A stretch of DNA of 64,000 bases from Callorhinchus milii (taxonomy: Eukaryota), in NCBI RefSeq assembly GCF_018977255.1, contig NW_024704742.1, forward strand, positions 127,722,001-127,786,000, written 5' to 3'. Below the pieces are notes generated by a model. It did no database searches. It saw only the letters and a program-made list of their open reading frames with translations, and was not told the origin of the DNA. Below are positions 51,287 to 64,000 of this stretch, one piece after another (the stretch's first letter is position 1; every line of letters begins with the position of its first letter). The position numbers and the translations under genes are program-made.

Positions 51287-51773
51287 AGTATGTATCAGCC
51301 ACAGAGCACTAACTGTTGTGTTCTTCGGAATGTTTGGCTGAAAGTTGGGAGGTGATGCATTGAAAATTGAATTAGAGGCCACCAGTTGATGTTTGTTGAT
51401 AGGCTGAGTGTGGGACCCACAACCTGTGACTTCAGCACATTGGTTGGTCCTAAGATGGTCGCCATTGGTATTGGTGGCAGTAGAGCGCAGCAGCTGAGTG
51501 ACAAATCAAAGGGTCACACTTCAATTGGATACTTTGTTAAATCAGGCAAAGAACTCCAGAAGCTGACGTTCCTCAGCAAGCAATTCCAACAACAGCTGTC
51601 GGTCAATTAAGTAACCAATGTAACCCCATTGAAGGGTGTGATAATTATCATTGTTTAAAAAAAATAAACAGGCTCAAACAATGCACAGAGTTGTAGAGAA
51701 GTGTGGACAAAAGACCAACTGTGGTAAAATGCTTCACTTTCCAAGTAGAGTTTCTGCGGGCGGGCATAAGGCG

Positions 51774-51792
51774 TGACCAGCAGGTGTCGCCG
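51774..51792 (+). promoter_or_regulatory. CTCF-like binding motif
   Basis: TGACCAGCAGGTGTCGCCG matches the CCASYAGRKGGCRS core at all but one position and sits in a small CpG-retaining patch. Confidence 0.5.
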
Positions 51793-51829
51793 TTTGAGTA
51801 TCTGACACCCAAACATTTACATCTTTTTA

Positions 51830-52140
51830 GATCATAGAGTTATAGAATGTTACAGCACAGAAGGAGGCCATTCGGCCCATCATGCCTGTAACAGCTCTTT
51901 GGAAGAGCCACTCCCCTGTTCTTCTGCAAATTTTTCCTTTTCAAATACCTATCCAATTTTCTTTTGAAAGCTACCATCTAATCTGCTTCCACCACCCTTT
52001 CAGGCAGTGCATTCCAGCTCGTAACGACTCTCTGGGTAAAAAAAAATTCTCCTCATCTTCCCGGTGTTTTTTTTTCAAATTATCTTAAATCTGTGTCCTC
52101 TGGTTACCGACCCAACCACCAGTGGAAACAGTTTCTCCCT
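51830..52140 (-). mobile_element. CR1 LINE 3' end
   Basis: ACAGCACAGAAGGAGGCCATTCGGCCCAT tail and reverse ORF2 C-terminus remnant. Confidence 0.82.
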
Positions 52141-53029
52141 CTTTCAATAACAGATCATTGTCTTTGATCCTGAGATTTCGGGGGACTTTGAAAAACAGTC
52201 TTAAATTTAGCTGGAGAGGATGATTTCTGTTTGGGTGGAAAAATGGCTTCTGAATTAAGTTTAGTTAGAAAAACACAAATACACCTAATTAGTTCCAGAT
52301 ATGATCATATGCTGTGGAGCCTTTAATTGTTGGTGACCTTACCTTAATGTCCTTACCTTATTTTAACTGCTTTGAGACACTAGCCTGCATGAAGGGCACT
52401 ATATAAATGCAAGTTATTGTTGTAATGTACTACACTTTACAGTTTATCCTGTGAAGCAGGATATCCTCCCAAAATGAAAGGCGCTGCATCAAATGTACGT
52501 ACTATATTATTATTATTAATTGACTTGGCGAAGGATACTCAGCCTGGTGATAATTACTGAATAGTAGGAAATCTAATAATAATAATAAAAATAATCCTTA
52601 CATTTCATATAGCACCTTATCATGTCTTTGGGACATCTCAAAGCGCTTCACAGGATATACCATGAAGTGGATTGACTGTATTTTGTGGGTGAAATTTGTA
52701 GGGTTTCATAATTTGTTTGATGCAATAACTCAAATGTGATAATAAATGACCCTCAAGCTTTTTTGCTCTGACTCTTTCACTAACACTTAAAGGCACCACA
52801 GCAAATGTTCAGATCTGGAAAGAATTAGGTGTAATTGTGTTTTTCTGACTAAAGCAGGAAATTGGTGTTTTAACTCAGACTAAGTCTCTCGAGTCAGTGA
52901 AGTTATCATGAAATGGACAAATGTTGCAAGTCTGTCTGACAAGACCACGTTACAGTGAGTGAAAAATCTGTTAAGAAACATGAGAATTTCAGATACTAAT
53001 TGTCAGATTATTTTGTATCAGTTCTTCTG

Positions 53030-53225
53030 TGTTCTGCGTTCTGTCAAGATGGAGCTGAGAAGAGAGGCAGCGAAGAAGAATAGAGTAGTCAACAGTGTCA
53101 AAGCTAACAGTAGAGAGATGGAGAAGGCCAAGGAGGCAGAGAGAGCCCCGGTCACAGATCGACAGAATTTTATTTGTAGCTTTGACCAAGGCTGTCTGTG
53201 TACAGTGAGCTGCACGGAAACAGAT
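53030..53225 (-). mobile_element. L2 RT internal fragment
   Basis: LVKATNKILSICDRGSLCLLGLL.LS..FDTVD peptide. Confidence 0.75.
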
Positions 53226-53229
53226 TGGA

Positions 53230-53466
53230 GTCAGATAGGACCTTGGTTTAGTGTCTCATCCGAAGGACAGCACCTCTGACAATGCAGCACGCCCCCAACG
53301 CTGGATTGGAGTGACAGCCTGGGCTATATGAATTCTAGATCTCGACGTAGGGCTTGATCCCACAACTTCCTGACTCAACAACAACAACCACTTGGATTTA
53401 TATAGCGCCCTCCACGCCGGACGGCGTCTCAGAGGCGAGAGTGCTACCAACTGAGCCAGACTGACA
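53230..53466 (-). mobile_element. DeuSINE 5' part containing a ~55-bp L2-type tail insert (53378-53432)
   Basis: Head ...GAGAGTGCTACCAACTGAGCC split at GACTC|AGAGG by a (CAA)n/stem-loop segment. Confidence 0.75.
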
Positions 53467-54124
53467 CGTCATCTCTTCTTGAAACGCTGTTTAAAAATCA
53501 CGATTTCAACTCATATTTAGAAACAAAAAGACAGCAGTCATTCAGGAAGAAAGTTTTTTTTAGCAATCTCACCAACTGAGTCAAAAATAGCACCACTTAA
53601 AATTCTGCTCAGCCTGAAGGGAGAAAACATTCTCCCAGAGTCATTTGGGGTGGAAACTTGTTCAGTCCCAAACCTGTCATTAGGGCGTGTTGTTAGGGTG
53701 ACAAAAGAATCACGTATTATGTGTCCTTTTTTATCCACAGCACATTCTGCCCTTCCCTTCGTGTTTTATACTACAATGTGTGAGAAGCAACTAAGAAACA
53801 TTTGATGGATTGAATAATTTAGGTCTCTGGTGCAGTCAGAATATATGAAGTGTTACTGGACAAGTGGTTAAAGTATGAGAATTTCATATGTTGTGCTGGC
53901 TTGAATGTCACTCGTCTAGACACACAGAGCCCTCCTTCTAATCAGCCTACTCCTTGCAGCTGTTCACTTGGCACAGTTTGAATGTTTAGGTTTGCACAGG
54001 TCATTGTGCACATGTGGATGTGATCTATGAGAGTGTCAACCAATCTGTGCTGATACTGGGGATGGGACATGTCACTATTGTTGTCTGACTTCGGGAATGA
54101 TGATTGCTTTTCAATGTGATTTTG

Positions 54125-54620
54125 TTTGGTCAGCCGGGTGTCTGACACGTGTGGAAACCCATCACCATGCTTATCCAAGAGTGTCCAAACCAAACTGAGA
54201 GTTCCATGTAACCCACCTACACATTGAAAATCCAGTATATTGGAATGGAATGTACACTCTTTCCCTGGAGGGACGTGTCCTGCTTTCCTAATTCCAGAGA
54301 GTATTATGCGCAGGCTGGCAAGAGCCAAGGCTTGGGGACCCAGGGTGTGTGTTGGGGTACTGCGAAAGTTTAATTAGCTGAATCACGCATAGCTTGCCAT
54401 TGAAATTTTTTTTTTGTCCAGCTAGGACCATCTTAGCCATTAGGGCTTTGGCTTGGAGGATTAATTTAATGGGAGCTGCGTAGGAAGAATTCCTGACCCC
54501 AGTGACTTGTCTGCCCCTCCAAACCCTGGCGATAAACCAGGCTGGCTGTGCTGTCATCAGCAGTGCCCTGGAATACGGCAGACCCTCCTGGTTCAGGATT
54601 CGGACCACCAAGACCGCCAC
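54125..54620 (-). repeat. Longest family X copy
   Basis: Contains all of the blocks seen in the other copies. Confidence 0.7.
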
Positions 54621-56309
54621 AGAAAGTTGGCTCGATTCCAACATTCTATTCCATCAATGTGATGGGTAATAGAGTTTGCTCTGCTAGTTTATTATAGGTT
54701 GAATGTGGTGAGTGATTACTTTTAACAGGTGAGACACTTGCTCGCTGCGGGGTGATAGAAAGGGCTTAGAAAAGCTCTCTGGATCTGTGAGTCACTGTAA
54801 ATCACAATCACTCCAGGAAAAAGAAATCACTGGATTGATTCAAAGCACCATCTTTGCCTGCCAGTCCATTAACTTTCATTGCCTCCCCTACTAGATCATA
54901 TTGCAGGTGGGGCTGCTGCCATTTTATAGATTCAGCATCAATAAAACCAAAGCCTTAAGCATTCATTTGATTGGAACAAACAACTACAATTGATAATGCC
55001 GACACAAATAGATTATTTTTCCTGCCAAAGGGATAAACGCCCTGACATGTGAATCCTTTGGATAAAGAACAGCTGATTCCTGAAAGCATTTGATCATTAT
55101 TGAGATTTTCTCTTTTTTTAAAAACAGTCTATCTGTAAAAGTGAAATGCACTAAAAGAGACTGTGGCTGAAAATGACGTATTGAAGCATTCTGTGAAATA
55201 AAGGCTCTTGATTATACTGTAATATGGGTAAGATGAGCATTTGGACTTTCTTGTTTGAGAACTCAAATCAAAATGATGTCTTCATAGCTAAAATGTCAAA
55301 GAAACAGCCAACGTGATAGAAACACAGATGTAGCCAAGAAAATGACAGTAACTGTTCCACTAAATTTGTCAGAGGAAGAGCAAATGCCTCACAGTGACGT
55401 GCTGTTTTGTTAAGTGAAGTCCAGCCTCACGTTGTCAGTGATTCACAGGGATGTACTTAGCAAGGGTCATCTCGAATGAAGATCAACATCACGAAGCATA
55501 TTGTAAATTTTCTGTACAGTTACCCTGACATTTACAGCTCCCTGTAGGTCATTGCTTAGGGTTGAAGCAGTAATAAGATGACTTTGCCTGTTAATTTCAG
55601 GAACATGATGATTTTGACACAGTGCTATGAACTCAGCTCTGCATGTGCTAGACCTTCAAGCAGTATTCCTGGTAGGGGTTCATTGAGACTTCCTTTGGCT
55701 GAAACCTTAACTGGCAAACCACATTCCCTGTGCCAAATTCTAAAACTGGAACATTATTTGTGTGTGTACGTGGGTAAAGATCTCTGGAAAGCTCTAAAAT
55801 CATGAATGTTCCCAATATAAAAAGCTGTCTGAAACATGCCTAATGAGACTATGTTTTTGAATGGCTTCAATGAGAGCAGTGTATCGAATAAGCATTGTTT
55901 TAGCTTTTAAATGCAGGGTGAAGATCAATGGTCCAAGCAATGCTCCTCAGAAGATAAATCCCACTGCAACAGTAATGACATGCTCCAGCAATCTGGGATT
56001 ACCTGAGCAGCGAAGATTTGGATATTTTTAAACATGGTGATTTACAAAGATTTACAAAGAATATACAGCATGGGCACAATACAAAATTACATTTGTATAG
56101 TGCTTTTCACATTGGGAGGATCTCCCAAGGCACTGGACAGTGGTGGGGAGGAGGTGGGGTTGGGATAAAAGGCAAGGGAGGGAGCGAGACAAAGGGAATG
56201 TTGGCTAGAGGGAGCAGAGAGACTAAGGCCCGACCCCCAAAGGTGGATGGGCCGGGCGAAGGACGTAGAACAAGCCGGAGCCTGCTGAGTGGAGGGAGTG
56301 GACGGGTTG

Positions 56310-57262
56310 ATATGGGCCACTCTGCCCAGCCAATCCATGACGGTGTTTATACTCAGCATGAATCTCCATCCACTCCTTACTCCCTCCCATATCCTTCTAT
56401 TCCCCTCTTCCTCATGTGAAGATCTTGCTTCCTCTTGAATGCATCTGTACTATCTGATTCGATCACCACTTTAGGCAGCAAGTTCCACAATCTCACTATT
56501 TTCTGTATGAAGTAGTTCCTCCTAAACTCTCTTTTAACAACAAGATTACATTTGTATAGTGCCTTTCACGTCGGGAGGACGTCCCAAGGCACTGAAATAG
56601 ATCCCCTAGCTGCTATCTTATATTTGTGTCCCTGGTTATGGACTCTGCACCTAGTGGAAACTGTCAATTTATGCTAACCTTATTGAACCCTTTTCATAAT
56701 TTTAAACACTTCTATTAGGCCCCCTCCTAAACGTCACTTCTCCAGTGGAGTCCTGTAGCTCAGTGATTAGAGAACTCGCCTCGCAAGTAAGAATACTGGG
56801 TTCAATTCCCAGGCAAGGTGAAATGTTGGGCAAATTTCCTTACTACACATGCTTCTGTTTACCTAGCAGTAAATAGGAGCCCGGTTGTAAGTCAATTGGT
56901 AGATTGCTTTTCCAGGGATAATAATCCTTTCCAAAAAAAAAAATTGGTCACTCGATGCACGACTGGGACACTGCTGGGACAATTGGCTGCTGAGTTTCAC
57001 CAACAAAATATACAGTCAATTTACTTTATAGTATATTCTGTGAAGTGTTTTGAGACGTCTTGATGACATGATAAGACACTATATCAAATGCAAGGATTAT
57101 TATGAAAACAAGGCCTAACGTGTCCAATCTATTCTGATAGCATTAACCTGCCAGCCCTGGTATCATCCTAATAAACCTACGCTGTATTCTTTCCATGCAC
57201 TGCCATATCCTACTTTTAGTGTGGAGACCAGAATTGGATACACTACACAAATCTAGGGAGGT
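56310..57262 (-). mobile_element. CR1 3' fragment interrupted by a mini L2 tail (56537-56593) and a SINE (56747-57102)
   Basis: MERIQRRFIRMIPGL peptide (57143-57200) and collinear CR1 C-terminal remnant. Confidence 0.75.
56747..57102 (+). mobile_element. SINE family A, full length
   Basis: GGAGTCCTGTAGCTCAGTG...GGTTCAATTCC (A and B boxes) through to the (ATT)n tail. Confidence 0.92.
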
Positions 57263-58598
57263 TGAATGTGTCATAATAATAATCATTTTGATATAGTGCC
57301 TTATCACATCGTTGAGATGTCTCAAAGCACTTCACAGAATATATTGTTAAGTAGAGTGACTGTATATTATGGGTGAGATACGGTTACCTTCCTCCTGTCA
57401 AGGACAACACATCCTCTTCAATTCTGCTTCAAACCACGTGTTTGTTACTTTAAATTACTTCCAATAATGCAGTCGTAAAACCAATGATGAGCTGCTGAGT
57501 GACTGATCCAGTGTTCGGTTGGTGTAATATTAACAATTTAAGACCAAAGTTCTACGATTAGGCATTGCTGGGATATCTACTGTTTCTTACCTGTAACTCT
57601 GTATGTACTTTATTTGGTGGAGGTGGTGCGTTAGCAGGTCTGACCAATCTATTGTAATCTTTTCAAAAAACAATGAAGTGGATTTACTTGTTGCTCCACT
57701 GATTGATCGCTCTGGGGATCAGAACCTTGAGTCTTTGACCTTCAATCAGCTCCTCCTCAGACACTTCCAGTGATACTATGGCATGTGTCTGTGTGTTTGA
57801 TGAGGGGGGACGGGGGAACAGAGTCAATGTAATTTATTACCAACAACATTGGTGTCAAAACAACTACACTGACCTCAGGGAGAGCTTCATGTCCTTATTC
57901 TCCCAACTTACAAATTGAACGGCTGCAAGAATTATGACTAGCATGTGTTTTATTGATCCACAGCTATTGGTGTTGATACTTTTATTGTTTAAAGAGTGAG
58001 TCCTGCTGACATCATCAGGTATACCAACCTGGAGCATTCTCCTTACAGACATTGTGTAAGGGAAGTGAGATCCATTGACACTATCATTAACCCAGCTTGC
58101 TCCAGTTAAGTATATTCATTCAAAGTACTCCAAAGGTAAATTAGAAAGCAACACAGCATCTAGTAATTGAGATGAGCACCAGAACATGCTGTAGATTCAG
58201 CCATTACTCTGAGGAATTTTGTCAATTGATGTTGATGTTGTGCTGAAAGACTCAGCTGCAGATTTCGATTAACTGAGAGACAAGAGAAAATATATCAGAC
58301 CTCTTACCATAGCCAATGGGAATTCTCAGACTACCACTGAATGTACAAGTGTGTCCATCTCTACCTGGGATCAGTAGAGTTACAGCGTGTCAAAGAGTAC
58401 ATTGTAACAGCTTTTAATGTCTGTTGATCACTGAGAACACAAAATAGATTCAACAAGGAATGACATTCGACCAGGAACTGCCATCAGATATAATATAATT
58501 TACATTTATATAGCGTCTTTCATATTGAGAGGACACCTGAAAGTGATTCGGGGTGTTATCTGGGCAGCTAAACCTGGGTTGGGAGCTGTAAACTGTAA

Positions 58599-59950
58599 AC
58601 AGAAACTGCCCTGGTCAAGGTCACCAATGACATCCTGACCACCTGTGACCAGGGCTCCCTCTGCCTCCTCGTCCTCCTCGACCTATCGGCAGCATTCGAT
58701 ACGGTCGACCATGCTATCCTCCTGCACCGCTTGTCCTCCCACCTAAACCTTCAAGGCCCTGTCCTTGAGTGGTTTAGGTCGTACCTCTCCCACCGTCTTC
58801 ACTTTGTCTCCACAAATGGTTTTTCCTCCGGCCCCCGCACTGTCTCGTGCGGTGTCCCTCAAGGCTCTGTCCTCGGTCCCCTCCTCTTCACCCTCTATAT
58901 GCTCCCCCTTGGTGACATCATCCGCAGACATGGGGTTAACTTCCACATGTATGCGGATGACACCCAACTCTACCTTTCCTCCTCTACCCTCAACTCCACG
59001 ACCACCGATGTCCTGACAGCCTGCCTGTCCGACATCGAGTCCTGGACGAGAGATAACATTCTCCAGCTCAACGTGCGCAAAACTGAGGCCCTCCTGATTG
59101 GCTCGCGTCAGCGCCTCCGCACCTCAGGCGCTGACAGCATCAGCATCCAAGGCTGCACCCTCCACCTCTCAAAGCCAGTCAGGAACCTCGGGGTTCTGTT
59201 CGACCCTGAGCTGTCCTTTCTCCCCATATCCGCGCCACAACTGGCACTGCCTTCCATCACCTCCGGAATGTCGCCAGACTACGGCACTACCTCACCCCTC
59301 ACGCTGCTGAAACTCTGGTCCACGCCTTTATCACCTCAAGGCTGGACTACGGGAACTCTCTCGTCGCCGGCCTTCCCGGCACCTCCCTCCACAAGCTGCA
59401 GGTCATTCAGAACTCTGCAGCTCGTGTACTGTCCCGCACCAGGCTTCGGGAACACATCACTCCCACCCTCGCTCGCCTCCACTGGCTCCCCATCCCCCAG
59501 AGGATCGAATTCAAGATCCTCACCCTCACCTACAAGGCCATTCACGGCCTTGCTCCCTCCTACCTCTCCGACCTACTATCCCTCTACCTACCCGCCCGTA
59601 CCCTCCGTTCCTCTGGCTCCGGTCTGCTCCACATCCCCCGCCCCAACCGCCCTACTATCGGTGGCCGGGCCTTCAGCCTTTCAGCCCCTAGGCTCTGGAA
59701 CTCCATCCACCAGTGCCTTTGCCTTGCCTCCTCCCTTTCCTCCTTCAAGGCCGGTCTCAAGACCTTTCTCTTTGACCGTGCCTTCAGCTCCCCTCTCTAC
59801 TCTCTACCCCCTCCTCGCTCCCTCCCTTCCCTCCCCTCACCCTGACCATTTCCCCCCTGCTCGGGTCCTGACCCAACTGTACAGTGCCATGGGACGTCCT
59901 CCTGACGTGAAAGGCGCTCAATAAATGGAATCTTGTTGTTGTTGTTGTTG
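58599..59950 (+). mobile_element. Young 5'-truncated L2 (RT to tail), one frameshift near 59225, possible TSD TGTAAA
   Basis: Highly similar to 22677-24062; YADD intact. TGTAAA precedes the 5' junction and follows the tail. Inserted antisense in an older L2 3' end (58495-58590 and 59950-60015). Confidence 0.95.
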
Positions 59951-60563
59951 TAAAGGATGGGAAGGGGAAAATGACCAAAAGGACAATCAAAGAGATAAGT
60001 CTTGAGATGAGCTTAGACTCTAGACTTATCTCTTAATGTAAAGCAGTCTGTCTGGTGCTCAATTGATTTTGTTACAGAATTATTCGAGATGGATTAATTT
60101 AGACATGTGACTTCCTCAAAGGACGAAATATGAAGATATGATGAATGGATATTTTTACCAATAACTTGCATTTTATCAAAATCATCTTTGCATCTTTGAT
60201 CATCACACTCCAATAAAAATGTGAACAACTTGCATTTATATAGTGCCCTTCATGTAAGGCAGCATCCTGAACCATAGTGTTAATATGGTTAGCGCTACAT
60301 CCAGAAGACAAGTGGTGACTGAATCACTTCAGTTACCAAAGATGGAATTGGACAGTGGGTTGACAAATAGTGTGTTGTCTTCAGAATGGTGGAGAACAAA
60401 TCAATAACTGTGACAGAGCCTCTTTTATAAAGGCAGCAAGTTCTCCTCAGTCAAAACCATTCAGTGCCATGGCTGATAATCACTGGGACAAACAAGTGAT
60501 GACAAAGACCAAGTAACCTGGCAGAGGAGTGGGAATTCTCTGCAAACCTCAGCCTTACTTGTC

Positions 60564-61165
60564 ACAACAACAACAACAAGATTACATTTTCATGTTGGGA
60601 GGACATCCCAAGGTGCTGGACAGTGGACAGCATTTCAGACCTGAGCTGGGGTCAGGGGGGAGAAGGGATGGGAGGGGAAGGGGGGTGGCCGATGGCATGG
60701 TCGAAGAGGAGGGTTTTGAGGCGGGACTTGAAGGAGGCTAAGGAGGGGGCGAGGCGGAGTGATTGGGGGATAGAATTCCAGAAGTTGGGGGCAGAATGGC
60801 TGAAGGCTCTCCTGCCAATGGTGGGATGGGTGGGTTGGGGGACGTGGAGCAGGCTGGGATCGGCTGAGCAGAGGGAGCGGGCGGGTTGGTAGGGGGTTAA
60901 GAGGTCGCAGAGGTAGGGTGCGGCGAGGCCATGGAGGGCTTTGTAGGTGAGGACCAGGATCTTGAACTGGATCCTCTGAAGAACAGGGAGCCAATGGAGT
61001 CGGGCGAGAGTGGGGGAGATGGGGTCATGGAGTTTGGTGCGGGAGAGGACACGGGCTGCAGAGTTCTGGATTATCTGCAGCCTGTGGAGGGAGGAGTCGG
61101 GAAGGCCGACAAGCAGGGCGTTTGCATAGTCAAGCCTGGAGGTGATGAAGGCATGAACAAGTGTC
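60564..61165 (-). mobile_element. L2 3' fragment, divergent subfamily
   Basis: [18 protein letters not shown]...[15 protein letters not shown]...[11 protein letters not shown]. Confidence 0.92.
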
Positions 61166-62389
61166 ACAATTGGCAATGCTAGTGAATAATAATCCTTGTA
61201 TTTGATATAAACACCTTTCAATCTTAATTTGGAAGCCATTTTTCTACATTCTTAAATTTGTTTTCCCAAATTCTGCTTGATGTTAAATTTAAAGACAATG
61301 ATCTTAATGTAATAATAATCCTTGCATTTGTTGTAGTGTCTTATCACTTCATTGAGACATCTCAAAGCGCTTCAAAGAATATACTGCAAAGTAAATTGAC
61401 TGTATATTTTGTGGGCAAAACACGGCAGCCGATTGTGCACAGAAGTGTCCCACAAACAGTCGTGGATCTTAAAGGTAAAATAATGAGAAATAGTAGGCCA
61501 TGGGTTATCTCAATAAAATATTTAATTTCCATTGTGATTCCTTTGTCAACACTGCCCCTGCTTGCTTGGATTGGATAGTATGGGGGTAAATGTGGTAAGA
61601 TGTCAAGTGACGGCTGATCAAACAGAAGAATTTCTATGTCTTACAATTAGTTCTCTTTTTGAAACCAATGCATTTTTGGATAGGTCACAGGTATATTAGA
61701 GTTGGTAAGGGAAGATTAAGCTAACTATATTTTACCATGATGTGGGCTTGTTCCCATACAATACAATTTACAATGCACTTTACATTGATTTAGTGTCTTT
61801 CATGTCAAGAAGACATCTCATCTCACAGCTTTCCACAGTTCCAGACTTCTGACAAATAAAGTGGCTATATTAAATAGAATAGGCTATTCAGCATTGGGTG
61901 GGTAATCTTCAACTGACTGTGGGATGAAAGTTTGGTACATAATGTGTAGTTATCACTGACAATAATTATCATATCACACACAATATGATTTTGTCCCCTT
62001 AGAGATATTTTGTATGCAAGACCAAGGGCACAAAACAAACCTCTGAAATACAACTCAAACAAAACAGTAAGCATTATTTTATGAAACGTTAGATGTTTCT
62101 ATGTCTCCAAAGCAGCTTCAGCTGTTTGGACAGTTGGTCTGGGAATTAACATTAACACTCCCAGCTACTGTCATAAAAGGGTCAAATTTAATGCAAGACT
62201 ATAATTAATGCAGTCGAAACAGATTTTACTTCATGTCTAGCTTCCTAGAGGGGATTGAGGTAATCTCGAAATGTTCATGCTGGATACAGTTATCTTATTG
62301 ATCCATACGCCATGGGATTGTCTGTGGTTTGTCAGACATGAAAGTGGGATAGTATGTTATTATACCTCATCTATTAATTAATTAATCAA

Positions 62390-62812
62390 CCCATTCTTAC
62401 ATTTGTTATGGTGCCTTTCACATTGGGAGGAGATATCACAGGACTTAACAGGATATACTGGAAAGTGTTATGACTGTGTATTTTTGGGGGCAAACCAGCA
62501 GCCAATTTGTGTACAGCAATGTCCCACAAACAGCCATGAAGTGAATGACCAATTTTATTTGGGGGATTGTTGGGAGAAACTCCCTTCTCTTTTTGAATGT
62601 GTCATGGGATCTTTATGGTCCATCTGAACAGGCCAACAGGGTCTCGGTTTAATGTCTTTAAAGGATGACACCTCTGACATTACAGCCCATCCCCAGTGTT
62701 TTATTGAAGTGTCAGTTTAGATTATATGAGTTCCAAATCCTGATGTGGGGCTTGAACCAAAAATCTTCTGACTTGGAGATGAGAGGGCTACCGACTGAGC
62801 CAAGCTGACACA
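62390..62812 (-). mobile_element. DeuSINE, near full length
   Basis: Reverse head, Deu core and tail. Confidence 0.8.
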
Positions 62813-64000
62813 TCTAGATACAGAGTGGAATTGGATAATGGTGTGATCTATACTCACAAATACATAAAATCATTATCATACAGCCTAAATTGAATGTAAA
62901 GTGATATATCAGGGCAGCACTGGGTCCAGAACTCCGTACAGCAGATTTTATCTGAAAATGAAGATGTGCGATGAAATTTGTGGAAGCTTTTAAATAATTA
63001 CATTTGTACGTCCAATCCCCCCATCACCCACCCCCCACCCTGAAGATGAAGATGTTTATTTTAACACCTTAGTTATTTTAATTGGTGCTTTAAATCCTGT
63101 AAACATGGGTAGAAAGTCATATACAAGTGTCAGTTTTTGGAAATCAATTAAATTTGCTATCCTGCATCATTAATTCCAATTGTTACAGTTTCACTGGCCA
63201 TAACGTTTTGCCTTCTCAAATAAAACACTGTAATAGTTTATCTGTACACTGCAACTATTGAGAAATACAGAGCTGAAACTTGCACCCAATATCAAATGTC
63301 AAACTCAGACAAGAATGTGACGATGTCTTGCTTTCACTGCCTCAATATTCTATTGTATGCTTTAGGCAAGTTGGAGTCAAAAAGACTTGGAGAAGATTTC
63401 TAATCGCCTTGTACATGTTTCACAAACGTCTGGAGCCTGTGCCACCTGTAACGGATGCAAAGGTAGAGAAATGTCCTCATCCAACTTTGGCCACAAGAGT
63501 CTTGGCAGTGAGGAGAAAGCCATCCACTTTTCATTTCCATACATCGATGCCAAGCATTGAAGTTTATGTTCCACTTTAACTTGACTTGTCAGAAGTATGC
63601 ATTCCTTGTCTGCAGGTGGGAGTTTCTCAAGTTGTGATTGACCTTCCTTAATAAAAACATGGAGAAAAGGAACATTGAAAATACTTTTGTTCTATCTCTG
63701 CAACTTGGAATGAGACATCAGTCTTTATCCTTAATCATTTTGTTCTGTTGAGACATGCAGAACAGTTGACATGAAAATAGACATAAGCACTAGCTTTTAA
63801 ACAAATGGACTGTCGTTATAAGGTGGAATGTGTAACATCAGCCATGATTCTAACGCTTTGAGCTTCATATTGTGTAGTTCTATTATTTGTAGTCTTAATG
63901 CTTTTTCTTTTAATTGCTAAGGCATATCAAAGCCCCATATTAAGTCATGTTAAAAAAATATTTATTTTGTGGTTATAAATGCTCAATGATCAATTCCTCG

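Noticed and set aside
56747..56820. tRNA genes at SINE heads (also ~8000-8069, 11870-11940, 17001)
   Set aside because: A and B boxes are present but run straight into the SINE body; these are tRNA-derived heads, not tRNA genes.
58731..59924. 397-aa ORF as a functional gene
   Set aside because: Truncated L2 RT that shifts into the alternative frame through a 1-bp deletion near 59225.

Overview
AT-rich, repeat-dense vertebrate genomic DNA. The repeat content (Deu-domain tRNA SINEs, L2 and CR1 LINEs, a Penelope fragment) points to a cartilaginous fish; that assignment is an inference. No host protein-coding gene could be identified with confidence, so the window is probably intronic or intergenic, with only weak candidate exons. 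The main element is an apparently intact, full-length, single-ORF L2 LINE on the minus strand (22677-26845) encoding an APE endonuclease plus reverse transcriptase of about 1099 aa. Its unusual 5' region has six near-identical 88-bp CpG-rich monomers, each with a TATA-like box about 30 nt upstream of the next monomer's start, followed by a candidate 74-nt GT-AG intron wrapped around an A33 run. Around it are many truncated L2 copies, several reduced to the 3' stem-loop alone. The window also holds two abundant SINE families sharing an L2-type tail, CR1 3' ends, a Penelope GIY-YIG fragment with a hammerhead-like core, a hAT MITE with an 8-bp TSD nested in a SINE, two old hairpin elements, and isolated RFX X-box and CTCF-like motifs. 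Boundaries of degenerate repeats were read by eye and are approximate.
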